NCBI GenBank assembly: GCA_030704615.1
Contig: CM060731.1
Location: 36,704,001 to 36,768,000, forward strand
Length of the DNA: 64,000 nt
Direction of reading: 5' to 3'
Origin: Takakia lepidozioides
Taxonomy: Eukaryota; Plantae; Bryophyta
Positions within the stretch are counted from its first letter, which is position 1. The number at the start of each line of letters is the position of its first letter. Below, in pieces: positions 41,348 to 54,843 of the stretch. The translations under genes were made by a program, and so were the position numbers. The notes beneath the pieces were generated by a model. It did not search any database and was not told the DNA's origin. It worked only from the letters and a program-made list of their open reading frames with translations.

Positions 41348-43500
41348 ATACACCTGTGGAGCCCCACCCCCCCCACCCAACAGGGTCTTGAGCGCAGTAG
41401 AGTTTTAGGTTTCAAAGTTGGAAAACCCTGGAAACCCAAGGGGTAGACACATCACCTGCGTTCACTCTTTCACAGCGAGGCTATTTCCTACAACCTTTTG
41501 ACAGTGGCTGAATTGCCCCACTTTTCGTGTATTAATGACATCGGTAAGTATGCCTGTCACGTGAATGTACTTTTTGGAGGTTCCGCATGCCAACTGTGGC
41601 CATGGCGGTTTAAGTTTCATTGCTCTTCTCAAAACGGCTTTACTGGTTGGCTGGATGGAGAGATGACAGCAAGGTCCAGCTACCACGGGGATGTGAGGTT
41701 GTGTGGGATACTATCTAAACAATCTGTTCTAACTGTTGATGTAACATAATTCTTTGGTCGCTAATCAAATGATTACTTCACCAAGGCGTTGCTTTCTTGT
41801 ACTGTACCAGTGTAATGTCCATACATTCACACACCTCTTGATGCTACATTCTTGTCTGAGACCAGGAGCTCAAGCGGCTCATGGCAATTCCATAACAAGG
41901 AGGTAAAACCATGACTAAGGGGGAGGAAGTCCCTTGTGGTCTACCGGATACATGTAAGGATAAGTATGAGACATTCTCTTTACCACCCTTCTTACCTCTC
42001 TCTCTCATGTTTTCTTTTTTTTTACTTAAAGAAAGGAAGGGATGCGGAAAGCTCTTAGAGCTTATGGTGCTTTCTGTAAGGGTATGCAGCATAGAGCTTG
42101 GATCTTAACAGTGCTGAATTATGTCCGATCCTTGGGCCTACGATATAAAGCACCATTTCATTTCATTTCTCTTTCCTTTCTAGCCTTCAGGCTTGGGGCT
42201 GGCAACATGGCCAAAGCTCTTTCAGACGGGAGAGTCTCTCTCAGAAAGGACAAATACTTGTCTGTGAGTTCAGTGCAATTTGTTTCTGATGCTGTGTAGC
42301 TTGATTTTCTCCACCACTTACCGAAATTCTCTGAAGTACAACCGCTCAACACTTCAAATGCATGAGTTGCATCTCCCTTAGCTACATTCACTGCAAAGGG
42401 CTCCAGCCTCCAGGGGATTTGGAGCTCACGAAGTAGAGGTTTGCGGGCTGGTTGATGCTTGGTACCACAAGTAGAGTTCACGGGAGTCTCGAGTATCGAC
42501 CTTCACTCTGGTACTGTTCGATCTGGATCCATGATTCTCTCAGTGGACTCGGTCCAATTCTCAAACCTTCTGAGATGCACCTGTTCTGAGGGGTGTTTGC
42601 ATTTGGGGATGATTGATGTCAACCAGCTCTTAATCTGTGGTACAACTGTGTGAGAGTGCAGGAAGTGGTGCGAAGCAACAATGATGAGTGAATGGTCACG
42701 TCTCTTCCTTGCCAGATTCGAGCAATATCTCTTTACTCAAGCCGAATGATGAGTCTCATAATTTCTACTCATCCGCTCAAGAGACTTGCTATCCGAATCT
42801 CACCCGGGAAGAGATGTGACCTTTGACCGATTCTTGGTGGACCGTTGCTTGGCACCATTTCAGCTTTGCTCACACACACACATCCGAGTCAGAACTAAGC
42901 TATGGCGGGGAAGGAGTAGAGAGAAGAGGAAGAGCTACGTACGTTATATCATGATAGCTGTCACACCCCACTAGGAGGGGAGATTGCAGGTCTGAAGAAA
43001 AAGATCTAGCCTCCGGCATGCTTGCTCTAGTGTCCACACTGACCAATTTGGATTGAGCAAAACCCAAGAGGAGAGTGAGGAGCCATTTCCAACTTAGTTA
43101 CAGACACCGCCACAATCTGTCTGATGTCTACTCCTAATTAGTCTTGTTGTTGAAGGATCAAGAATCGACTCTGGTGCTTCATTTCACACGGGGTTATGCA
43201 ATTGATGACGCTGTGGGATTGGGGTGTTCTGTGATACTTGAGCAAGATGATGCGGCGGGTCCAAGATTTCTTGGCTCTTTGTCAATCCGTTGGACCATCA
43301 CCGCCCATCTCCTTCATTTCATTATCATCAACTCTCAATAATCTATTTTCTTCGAGCTCTGGAAGCCCTCGAGGGCAAAGGGATTACGCCTTCCAGTTTG
43401 AATGCAACCGACTTCAACATCGTGCAAGGTTGCTGCTGCAGGACCTGGACGGACATGGAATAGAGGTCGCATAGTCTTTTAATAAGTACACTGAGGCACC

Positions 43501-44445
43501 ATGGACAGGAATTACAATGAGGACAATCCTGGACCAGGGGCCTATTACGCTAGCGACCGGATGCTTAGTCCTAGTGCACCTGCGCACTCATTTGGTTTTA
43601 AGACAAAGCTCTATTTTGATGGAGCTATTCCTGGACCTGGAACGTACAACGTCCGAAGTGATCATAATACAAGCCCAGCATATACCATGGCAGATAGATA
43701 CGATGGACCCAAAGGAACTGATATCCCAGGGCCAGGAACCTACTCGGCAAGCATAAAGCATACCCACAGAGCTGCCCCTGCATATACAATGCGAGGGCCA
43801 GCGAATTATAATCCTGATCAAGGGATCCCAGGCCCTGGGACATACGATGTTAGAGGAGAGTTAGGTGGACCAGCCTTCTCTCTTGGCCACAGATTGAAGG
43901 CTTCAAGATCAGACAACCCTGGGCCTGGAACATACAGTCCTAACAGTCCATCAGGTTCTCCAGCATACTCCATGGGGCAATATAACTATGGTCCTTCACG
44001 TCCATTGTCCCCTGGGCCTGGAACGTACAACCTTAGATCAGCCACGATGTCAGGCCCCATGTTTAGCATGGGTAAGAGGTTTTATCGCCTTAAGCAACGC
44101 GCAGCGGAGCGCAGATATTCCAATCCTCTTCGACAACGACCCTCACCGCAGAACAGATTGCAACAACCTGCTACAAACACACGGGGTGGTATGTGTGCTA
44201 GATGCCCCAAAACCTCATTTCCATCCTGGGACTCTCCCTACTTTCCCTTCATGACAATAGCACGCAGACATGTACACCGTAGCTGTACTAGGGATGAGCG
44301 AAAGCCCTGCGCACATGGACGGACCCGAATTACTGTAGATCAAAATAGGGGGACTATCAGTTCACAGTATGGTGATTTATGTGCCTTAGCATATCCCTCG
44401 CGCCTTCAATCTCCCTACAGTCCGTTCACTTTTTTATCTATTTAA
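43501..44445 (+). CDS. Sperm-tail PG-rich repeat (SHIPPO-rpt; ODF3/STPG-like) protein
   Basis: Six PGPG(A/T)Y repeats spaced about 30-35 aa, each followed by a PA(Y/F/H)(S/T)(M/F/L)-type motif. ATG in strong context GCACCATGG with an in-frame TGA at 43492. The C-terminal third might be altered by splicing. Confidence 0.85.
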   Translation: MDRNYNEDNPGPGAYYASDRMLSPSAPAHSFGFKTKLYFDGAIPGPGTYNVRSDHNTSPAYTMADRYDGPKGTDIPGPGTYSASIKHTHRAAPAYTMRGPANYNPDQGIPGPGTYDVRGELGGPAFSLGHRLKASRSDNPGPGTYSPNSPSGSPAYSMGQYNYGPSRPLSPGPGTYNLRSATMSGPMFSMGKRFYRLKQRAAERRYSNPLRQRPSPQNRLQQPATNTRGGMCARCPKTSFPSWDSPYFPFMTIARRHVHRSCTRDERKPCAHGRTRITVDQNRGTISSQYGDLCALAYPSRLQSPYSPFTFLSI

Positions 44446-46124
44446 GTCTGCTAGTTCTGCTTGTATCACGATTCTGATCTTAACATATTATGTAACTAGT
44501 TGCTAAAACGGTAATCGTCCTGCTGCACATATTCAAGCTTAGCAACTGGTATCCAGTAGCTGGTTATTTTTCGATGTCGCAATGCACCGGTGTACATCTG
44601 ATGCATGAGAGTATGTCGCCAAATAGATGCCGTAGACAACGACAGCGGATGGTAGTTTTTAGACCTGAGGTTGCATACGAATCACAAATATAGATCGCCA
44701 CTAGTACAGCAAGGGGCTCCTTGCACTGCACTGCTATCAATCCCCAATCTCCAACAGCAGAAGAAGGAAGCAGGGTTGTACACAGACTGGTGCTGGAACC
44801 TGTTGAGGGCCACGCGGCACACCTCAAGTCATCAAGCACAGACTGGACACTGCGGTACATACTTAGAGAGCAGGACCTAAAATATGGCGTACCGAGGAAC
44901 CTAAACCTTACCAACAAATAATATACTACTGACCCTTTCACAGAACTACATTGGTGAACTGTCTTCCTGAAGCTCTGGACTTTCGACCTTATCTGGGCTT
45001 GGGCAAATCTTAGGATAATCGACCAGGACCTTCCTTACTACCCGCAGATTTTGTAGATCAGAGTAATGTTCTTGAAAGAGTTGGATCTCTAATTAATTCT
45101 GTACTAACTTTTTCCCGGGAACTATATACCTTGAGCAGTTCATCCGAACCCAGCTAGAGTATTGAATTTCCTTGTATAACACCAAATGTTATTATAATTC
45201 CTCAGACTATACTCTGGAATACACAGTTGCAAGAGTTGAACATCTTGGCAGACTCCTGGTGGTGTCGTTGAACCTACATATTTGACATTCTCGCACTAGT
45301 TATTCTCCTGATCCACCCAATCCCATTAGAAAATTGTCTTCCAGATGGTCATTGACCTTTAACGGGTTCATAGGCCAGGTTGCGTTCATGATCATCTCTA
45401 AATTGATCCTCTGTAGACCTCCAGAAAGTCTGTACATTTGATCAATACTTGAGATCTCAGACTTTTCCATCTTCTTGGTATGTACAGTTACCTGGAAGCT
45501 GGAGGACCTTAAAGAAGAAAGGAGAACAATTAGATTGTTGCAGTAATTCAGATTAGAAACTTATAATTAGTGATCACCTCGTGGACACCCCAATACTGTC
45601 CGGCTAGCTTCTTACGTTACATGTCTAAGCAGAATAAGTGTCACTTGGTCTCCACGCCTAGTTCGGTTGCACTAGAATAAATTTAACATTTGAACTTCCA
45701 TGCAGTCGCTTAAGGCGAAGCTCGAGACCTGTAGTTCTATGGATCTTGTTAAATTCTTAATCTATTGATCTGCCTTCGCACCACCAATGAAAATTTGTAT
45801 CAACACTGCACTGGGCTTGGTTATTGCTGGTCCAAATACTGAGCCTACGCCTCCCTCTCCTTCCTGACATAATCGTTATGGCTATGATCTGTAGCATGTA
45901 TAATTACAAACCTGACTTGAGTATCAATCTGATATCCTTTATATTGTGCAATGCACTTGGGAAAACAAAAAGCCCATTTACCATAGTACTGTTGAGGCTC
46001 CAGATTCACGTCTAGATAGAATACTGCATCCATACATGATTATGTTTGTCTAGGGAAGAAACTGGTGAGGTTGTTTTGTTAAATGAGATTCCAAAGGTAT
46101 GAACTTACTGGCATTTATTTGCAG

Positions 46125-46460
46125 CCATAAACCCGAATCCTACACCTTTACCTGAGACAGACATCCCCAAAGACGGCGGGAAAAACTGAGGCAGGAAAGA
46201 AGGTCACGGATGTAGTTGAACCAGCAAGGAAGGTACAAAAGATTGAGCCAGAAAAAACTGAGTCACAAAAGAAGGTGGTTCACATAGTTGAACCACCAAC
46301 GAAGGCACAAAAGATTGAGCCAGGAAATAACTTAGTTAAGGAGAAGGTGAAAGATCAGAGCAAAGCCACCAAACAATATGGTTTCGATATCAGTTGGAGA
46401 CAAATTGCTCTGAACCTCGCGCTGTTCAAGAAAGCTAGCTTAGAGGGAAGTGCGGTCCAG
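46125..46460 (+). pseudogene. Orphan exon-like K/E/P-rich fragment with a 72-bp tandem duplication
   Basis: Bounded by TTGCAG and CAG|GT. The unit AAAAACTGAG...TAGTTGAACCA...CAAAAGATTGAGCCAG occurs twice (about 46180-46325). No family recognised. Confidence 0.3.
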
Positions 46461-49438
46461 GTATAGTATATATCTTGAGCAATAGATCTGGTGTGGAGAA
46501 ATAATGACAACATTCCCGTAGGCAAGAGCGAACCACGAATTTAGCTCATGGGCCGGGGGCAAATGTACAATTTATTTAAAATTATCATGATAGTGCGATG
46601 GATAATGTAAGTAGAGAATACCGGAATTTGATCTGCTTTATAGTTCCTTATTTTTCCCCTTATGGCCTTCCGAGATCCGGCCAGTGGCTGCCTTTGTTTC
46701 TAAGAGAGACTGCAAAATAGTGAAGGTCGATAGAGTTGATATTGGCTCTGAGATTGCCCACGGAATGCCGAGAACTGGAATAATGTGTCAATATCTTGTT
46801 TATACCAAATCATCGTGGAAGTAGCTTTTCCTTCCATTGATATGATATGATCACATAATTACAAAATTGGTCATGTCGGGGTCTTCTACAACTGGGATTA
46901 AGATGTTCTTGAAGTTTTCACCGGCCAGGCACTTCTGAATTTATCCTCTGATTTGTACACTTATGCTTCGTTGTTGTTCATCCAGCCACCTCTGTTTCTT
47001 CTTTGATAGGGGGGGTGAGAGAAGATAAAAACTTATAAGCAAGAAGTTCTCTTAGGAGAAATATTCTTGAATCCAGCTACTGAGGAGCTGGCAGCAAAGC
47101 ATTGGGGAAACAGCTATTGGACCGTTATTGATCGTGCAACCGGTGTTCAGTAGGACCTCTAGTCTCAAGATGTCCTAGAATTCGATTCCGATGTTTCAAA
47201 ATGATCATGTGAGTCGTTACTCATATGCAAATTACAAGTAGAGCCTCCTCAAAACTTTGAAGAAGAATGGGCACGAAACACTCATGGGACTTTAGCAATG
47301 TTTCTACATTCTATGTTTCATCTAATTGCCGTGGTTTTTGCAAATTCTGTTCCTTGTCCACATCATGGGAAATGTCAGATTTGCGCCTCCAGCACCAGCA
47401 GACTTCAGTTAATTGGCAGATTACTTGCCAATCTAACATCATCGGAATCATGTGCAAGTAGGCAGCAACATCTTCGTGATGTTTGTGCTTCTGTACTCTT
47501 GATATCATAGTGTAGCTCTATTAATAGGAGTGACATGACTGCTTGGACTGTGTTTTTCGCAGCCCGACTTCAGGCAGCTCGTCTCCGAAAAACAGCTCAG
47601 GGTAATCCCGGGGTCACACAAGACATGCGCTACAATGTGTACCTCCGCACAATGCAGGCTTACGGCAACAGACATTAGTCAATTGCCCATTAGAGAGTCC
47701 TCACGAGCGAAGGAGAGACATATTTATCCTAGAAGCTCGGCTCAATCTGACCCGTTTCTGCCAAAACACACATGGATCTTTTCTGGGCCTTGCGCTCTAA
47801 TCCCTTACTTGGTTTCCAAGGAGTTCATCAGCTCTTTGAATTTTTTCTTCGCCCATGAAGTAGCTGTATATTGTACCTGTTGTACCACTAGGTTTAAATT
47901 GGGCGCATAAATTAAACCTTGGATTCTTCTGTCAGTTAATCTAACCTCCTTTACATAGAAAGTGACAGCTTGCAGTGAGGAAAAATTATCGTCATTTCCA
48001 GTGTGAAGTCTGGCTCTAAATCATCTGAAGTTGTGGCAAAATTTCACACAGAAAGTAGTCATGAGCATGAAATGTGAGATCCACAGTGGGCGAAGATCAC
48101 AACTGGTGTGCATAGTAAATAGGAAGGGAGCATTGGCTCATGTGATCGAGTAACTACTGTGATTCATGCCTGATTTCGCAATGGATATGTCATGCTAACC
48201 TCATTTCTTCACATGTATTCCAAATCTGCATGGACCTTCTATGTAACATACTCGCTCGGACCATCTTGGGTATGCAGGTTCACTATGAGTGCAGACCTAA
48301 TTACTTTGTATGCGGACCAAGAATGTTCCTTTTGACCAGTGTTGCAGCTGTTGATTTTCACAGCACATGTTGAGCACTGTTTTGCACATTCTGACTGTGT
48401 TTCTAAAGCTTCAGATTGTTGGTCTTCTTGGTATGGACAGTGCCTAAGTACCAGCTGTACGAGGATGCGATGCGAGAAATGAAAACAATCAGGATGCTGC
48501 ACTAGCCACCCTCTTACTAAAACATTTCTACACATCTCCCAGGTGTTTGAAAAACAAAAACAAATAAATAAAAATTATATATATATATAATCATATTTAT
48601 TCAATGGTTATTTCTTGATCTAGGGGAATGTGGTGATGGAAGGCCAAGTACTTAAGAATTTAAATTAATTTAAATTGAATTTATATTTAATTAATAAAAT
48701 TAAAATAGTTTCATTGGTGGAAAACAAACAGCCAATGAAAAAAAAAAGTTTCATTGGCAAATTTTATTTCTACATTTTATTTTATTATGAAATAATAATA
48801 TTTGACGCCTCCAGAAGGAAGCGGAACTAGTTTGACGAGCCCTCGGGCTGCCCGATAGGAATTAGTTTCTCGATCGGGCTGCAGACCGTTTTAAGAGTTC
48901 AGAGAACGGTCAGCTCGCATTTGTACGTGACCGTTGAAATTCAAATCGCAACATGGAATTGCATGCCCTGCGTCATCCAACAGTCATATACAGGTTGCCT
49001 TTCTTCGCTCTCACTTTCTCTGCCGACCGCGCTCTGCTCATCAATTCTAGTTGTCGAAGCTCTCTCTTCCACCGGCCCAGTTTCCTGTTTCTTGTAGCAG
49101 TTTCCTGCAGTCCTGCTTAGTCCGTTATTCTGCTGATGAACAATCATATTCCTATCCTTCAAGACAGCGTGCTCATCTGTTATATAAACTAGCTAGAGGA
49201 AAGAGGATAGTCAGATGACATCGCCACACAATTTAATGTACTTACGGACTCGATCTTGCTCATCAGTCGGCTCTTTCACATGGTGTGACCTAGGATTTAA
49301 TCTGTGAAGAGGGAATGAGTCTGATTTTCAGACGTAGCTCATACATGGTGTGATTTAATGGGTAGGACGTGAGTGTTTTGCATGATCGGGGAGCTGGGCC
49401 TGCAACAGTGAGTCATTTTGCACCTAAAAATATTGAGA

Positions 49439-52400
49439 ATGAAGCAGTGGCTTCTATCTAAATTGGCTGGACGACACTCGGAGGACAGAGTATTCTTACC
49501 TTTAGAACCCATGACGTGGCTCCGTGACTATGAGTTGGCTTCTCCTGGGGATTCCGCCATTAGGTTGACAGATGCGACAAAAGATCGGCCACCCAAACCA
49601 ATAAGCCCGGTTCCTGCATTTGTAGACAATAAGATGCCTCCTCTGGAGAAGGACAGTTCGGATGACGGGATGCTACCTGTGAAACCTGAACCCACACCTA
49701 TAAGTCTGGTCCCTGATTGTAAAGGCGACGTCATGCCCGTTTTGCAGGAAAACAGCCCGGATGCCGGGATCCCGGTTCCTAGCCGGCAAGAAAATGCCAG
49801 AGTCTGTATTGAAAAGATGAGATTGATAGAGGAGGATGACAACTGGAGCTTGCAGAAATATATGGCTTTTCTCAAGGGAGGAGAACCTTGTGACCTTCGT
49901 AAGTTTTTAATTGACCGTGCCCCTCGAACATGGAAGAGGTACGAAGATATTAAGGACTCTTCCGTAAAAGATCTCAAGCAAATTCTGGATAAATTGAATT
50001 TGACAGCGAAGAGGAATACGATCGCAGTGTTTTTGTTGAATCATCCTTCGATGCAACAGCTTGTTTATGGAGAAGTCGATATAGGCTTCAATGAAACTGG
50101 TCCTTGTCTAGTTTCAGATGATTCTAGTACTGCAGCGCAGGCTTCAAAAACTGCCAGTACGTCTGGTGAAACTATTAGACCCAGTGGTCCGAAGAGAGTG
50201 AAGAACAACACTGCAGCTGCATTGAACGAGTTTTTGTACGATGTGGTGAACCTGATCGAGTTCCATGGCCTTTTCCCTGCAACCCTGTTGAATGATGTTG
50301 TGGAACTTTTAGAGAAATTTAAGGCTCAGGACGCGCCCTGCAAGTTCATACCGGGATCAGGGGTGGACGCTCGACCACTCCGCTTCCCCTCTTGCAGCAA
50401 CTGGTCGGACGTGGAAGGAGAAAGGTGTATGAACGAAGGACGTTATCGGTGCGCAAACTGCTATCTGGTGAGGTACTGCAGCAAAAAGTGCCAGGCAGAG
50501 CACTGGGAGAGGCACAACGTTGAATGCCAGAAAGCGACGGATAGCGCCTGTGGGACTGAGCAACATCAGGATAACAAGCCAGAAGGTATGAAAGAATGTT
50601 GAATCAACTACTGTCGCAGAACTACTCTTCAAAGTTAGCACGATCTATGAAATTTAGATTGAATAGATAAAATTATTAGTACAACCCACATCGGCCCGGC
50701 AACTTGTGGATAGCTTACTATTTGAATCGATTTTGAATCACTCTTTAGAAGTAAGTTACCAGTTAGTCTTGAACAGTCTGTACTAGTTCTGTCGAACCCA
50801 TAACAGTTTCATGAACTGTGCATGGGGTCTGGGCCGTTAGCGAGAGTCATTGTTCTGCGCAGTTGCTCCATTCAGGCGCCAACGGGAATCTGATCTATGA
50901 TGCCATATATGCCAAGTGCTTCCCAGCCTTTTCTTCTGCTTAGATTGATTTGAATTGCAATCTTGAAGGGACCAGATGTCAGTTAGAGCCTTTGAAACCC
51001 TAGCTTCAGTTCTTAGTGCCCGAAGGCTTACATATGATCCAGGCTGAAGTAACTTTTATTTCTGTACTGTGCAGACAATGTGCCAGAATCTGGATATATT
51101 CGCCAACTTACGTGGGAACAGCGACCGGCATATGGCATTCTTCATCCCCATACCCTGCACGGCGAATCTACCGGCAAGAACGTAATCCCTCTATTGTTCA
51201 ATGGCTGTGTCGATTTGGGTTGTGTGATTGAGACCCTGTGTGAGATTCCTGATTCATTCAGAGGGAAGCTGGACTTGTATGTAAACTCAAGCGCGTCCGC
51301 TTCAACTATGAATGCGGCCCGCGACTTCCTGATTATGACGATTCTCGTTACTAAGGGAGCTCAAGCAGTGGACACAATCATTGCTCTTTGGTATTCTGCA
51401 ACGATCACGGCTGGTCAATACTTGGAGCTTCAACGTGTCATCGCCCACGTCCTGAGATCATGCGAAACTGCGCCGGAATCCGAAGTAGGTCCAAGTTGGA
51501 GACCCACTATGAAGTTACTGAACCTGAGGGAGCTCATCATTAATTCCAGGGTAGTGTGTCAGGACGGTCCGGCAGCTAAATTTACATATGGTCCACTACA
51601 ACATAGAGGCGCCCGCATTGAAGGTGCTCCTCTAAATGCTGTATTTCTGCAAACTCGAACTTTGACTGCTCATTCATATCATTTGCGTGCTTCCGTACGG
51701 ACTGATGCTTAGTACGAAAGTCACCTGCACCCGTGCAGGAATAATGTTTAAAGTAGGGGAGCAAGAATCTTGAGCAATCCTACGTATAAAGAAGAAGCAT
51801 ACGATCAAAGTTCAACTACCTTTTGAACCAACGGGGTGTCCAGAACGAGCTGCATGATCAGTTAGTCTTTAGCATCACACATTCACACCATTTAGCGGTC
51901 GTATAATTAAATGAGTCGAATATAGTTAATGTAATGTCGTGATCAATGTATTGCAGCTTGTACAGTCGATTTAATTTTCCTACCAATTGCAAAGATGAGC
52001 TTCTTCCCCTGGGCGTCGCCAGAAGACCTTCAACTCAATCGTATCAGACATTCCAAAAACATACTCTCTTCGGTGCTTCGCAGCGCTCACAGAGTAGGCT
52101 GGACCAGGTTCCGGTCTGATGGTCTTGTTCTTCCATATGGGCACTTTAGAGGTCATCACTTTTTACCAAATCCCACGCTGTATGATGCTTGTCACGGCAA
52201 TTGGATGGTTCAAGAGAATTTGCATCCCTGTCTCGGATGGACTCTGACCAAGGTGCTACAAAGTGGAGCAGCTCATGGTGTCCCTGACAACGATCTGCTT
52301 GGTTCTCTCTTCTTCCACTTACATGACCGCCTCACTCTTGCCGCTAAGATTCTCCGTACTCCAGAAAAAGTTCACATGGTATCTTTTTCAGCGTTTGGTG

Positions 52401-53718
52401 ATAATCGGCTTCTGTTGTGGGCTGTTCCTAATCGTCCTTTCTTAAGAGTAAACATTCCTATTCGAAGCGATGTTGAAGACATTGAACATACGATTCTCCA
52501 GACCATAACAGCGTTTGCGGAAGTACTGCGGTCCTACTGGACCCACAGGAGCGTCTCAAGGTCCCAGCTGCAGAGGCGCGAGCAGAGACGACTCAATGTA
52601 CCCACTCTGATAATGCATATATATGACACGATGATGGATAATGGCGAGGATTTATCCGAGCTCTTCCCCGTGATGATTGCAAAGGCGAAGTCTGACATGA
52701 TCTCCAAATTCCCTCATCTGAGTAAGCTTCTTGATGAGGCAGTTCCTACTGAGAGCTCCGGCCGAGCGTACCATGACTGTCTATCTAAACCATGGCAAAA
52801 TATCAGCGAACATTTTGAGCTGTATTTGGATTATATAGAAGCAAAGCAATCAGGTATGTAGTGTGAAATCTTCATGGCTCATTCATGGATCACATCGTGC
52901 TTGAGGAAATATGTGCGTCTCTATGAATGAAATCATAACATGTACTTAGCGCTCCTCATACAATTTTACTTCAAATGCTGTGGACCCAGCGAATCTGTGT
53001 TCATACTTCGGCGTGCACAAAGTGCGCATGCAGCTCTGAATGGTAACGCTCGTGGGTCTTCGATCTGCGTCTGAGATTGTTGCAGAAGTGAATGGTCCGA
53101 TCTGTCTAATTTGTCTTTAAGCTGCGGACCTTTTACGACTGTCTCTTACAAGCTGTTGCTTGTGCAGCATGTTTTGATTATGTGAGGAAAATGCCCACTG
53201 CAGATACAATGGCCCGACTGACACGGAGAACCTCCAACCGGATACTTCACCGGCGCGTCGGCATGCCCCCAGACTTCGTTCGAGCAAGCGGCGCTATTCA
53301 CCCAGCAACTTACATGAAGACTGCCGAAGAATACTACAGCGTTTTCCTTCTCCCAAGTACTCGTGATGTCAAATTCTAAGGGTCTCGAGAGGCTCATGTG
53401 GTCTGAATTGACAGTTCTTCATTTCCAAAATGTCTATACTGGGCGAAGAAGTGCAACCTTTATCTCATTCTATGTGGAGTCTGTACAAGTCAAGGCTCCA
53501 AGATTGCAGGATTGAACCGTTTTTTGGGGTCACAAGTTTAGAGCTCATGTGAAGTCACGATGTAGGAACTAATATTGGCATCCGATGCAGGTGCGTTGAA
53601 TTTTGGCGTGGGAGGCAATGAGCTGTTCGTTGAGTGGACCCCGATCATGGATGAAGAACAGGCCGGGAAGAACTCTGGGAAGAAGACCGATATGAGCGGC
53701 AGCAGAACTCCAGCTTGA
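49439..53718 (+). CDS. MYND zinc-finger + DUF4470-like protein (fungal-type architecture), 5 exons
   Basis: Exons 49439-50585, 51075-51550, 51995-52853, 53204-53356 and 53591-53718, phase-consistent; the exon 2/3 junction is the least certain. MYND: CSNW..RC....RYRCANCYLVRYCSKKCQAEHWERHNVEC. DUF4470-like: LLFNGCVDLGCVIET..ARDFLIM..IIALWYSA. Also FRSDGLVLPYG, PNPTLY, DLLGSLFFHL and terminal GNELFVEW. Confidence 0.8.
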
Positions 53719-54474
53719 GTACTGGAAACCGATATCTAGGCGACGTTAGCGGCAGAAGGCCTCCAGCCGAAAGAAAGGCTAGTGAAGAGGAAAGAAAGGA
53801 ACATAAAGAGATTCAGAATTTCAGATCATGACAGTCACTTAGTATGAAGTCTACAGCAGTTCTTGAGCACTTTGTTTGATTCTGGTGTGCACCGCGCACT
53901 GTTGTGATCGATGAACTCTCCAATGTCAATTCAAACTATATCCATACTTGAGTCAAATTTCAGCGAGCTCGACTCTAGCAATTTACGAGGCAAGCCATCC
54001 ATCAAGCAGTGAGAATCGAGCAGCTCCATTGCTGAACCCTAAGTTAAATCCTGGATTGCGAGAAACCGCTACAATGCCTTCCAAACGTTGCCAGTGTGGA
54101 GAGGTTCAAAGGAAGGGGCAGACAGGGCAGAACAACATCACCAGCCCCAAGGAAATTTGTTTCCCGGGCTGCACAGCCAGATGACCGTTTGGCAAACGCC
54201 AAGGTCAAGTTTGTATCGGATGACAGTTTTAAATTCAAATTGCAATCATTGCTCGTCAATATCTATATACTCAATTTGATAATTGAATTGCTGTATTGTT
54301 TTCAATATCAAATTATATGATAATGATATACCGTAATAAATTATAATAAATTTGTTTTTGGTTGAAAATAAAAAATGTTACATTTTGTTTTTGCTAATAA
54401 TGCTGTATTATATATTTTATGATATATGTTATAATATGTTATAATATATGTTATATATTATAATATTATGCTGT

Positions 54475-54843
54475 ACTACAATCAGATTGTCTTTTTTGGA
54501 CAAGCAATAGTCGATGTTTTGGACACAACTTTAGAATTTTATTTATGATATCTATTGTAAAGGCCCCAATCCAGGGCGACATATCTATTTGTTTTGATTT
54601 ACGCTTATAATGATAGAATTGTGAACGGTTTCTAAAGAGAGAACGTATTCCAATCACCCGAACAGCTGGTTACATTCTGAAATTACCTCCAGTGAATATA
54701 TAAATACTACTTCACAGCTCTATCATTATAAGTGTGAATCAAAACAAATAGATATTCTTGGATTGGGGCCTTCACAATAGATATGACATGTAAAAATTCT
54801 AAAACATCTATTGCTCGTCCGAAGAAGACCATCCAATTGCAGT
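54475..54843. mobile_element. MITE / fold-back with ~150-bp diverged inverted arms
   Basis: GGCCCCAATCCA..ATATCTATTTGTTTTGATT..CTTATAATGATAGA..TGTGAA (54562-54625) pairs with 54711-54770. The pairing extends outward. Confidence 0.75.

Noticed and set aside
42180-43480. Extra gene, or upstream coding exons of the SHIPPO gene
   Set aside because: No consistent frame or motif. An in-frame stop lies 9 nt before the 43501 ATG. UTR exons remain possible.
44560-48540. Short ORFs and exon-like fragments on both strands
   Set aside because: Interrupted by stops and no family recognised. At most pseudogene debris.
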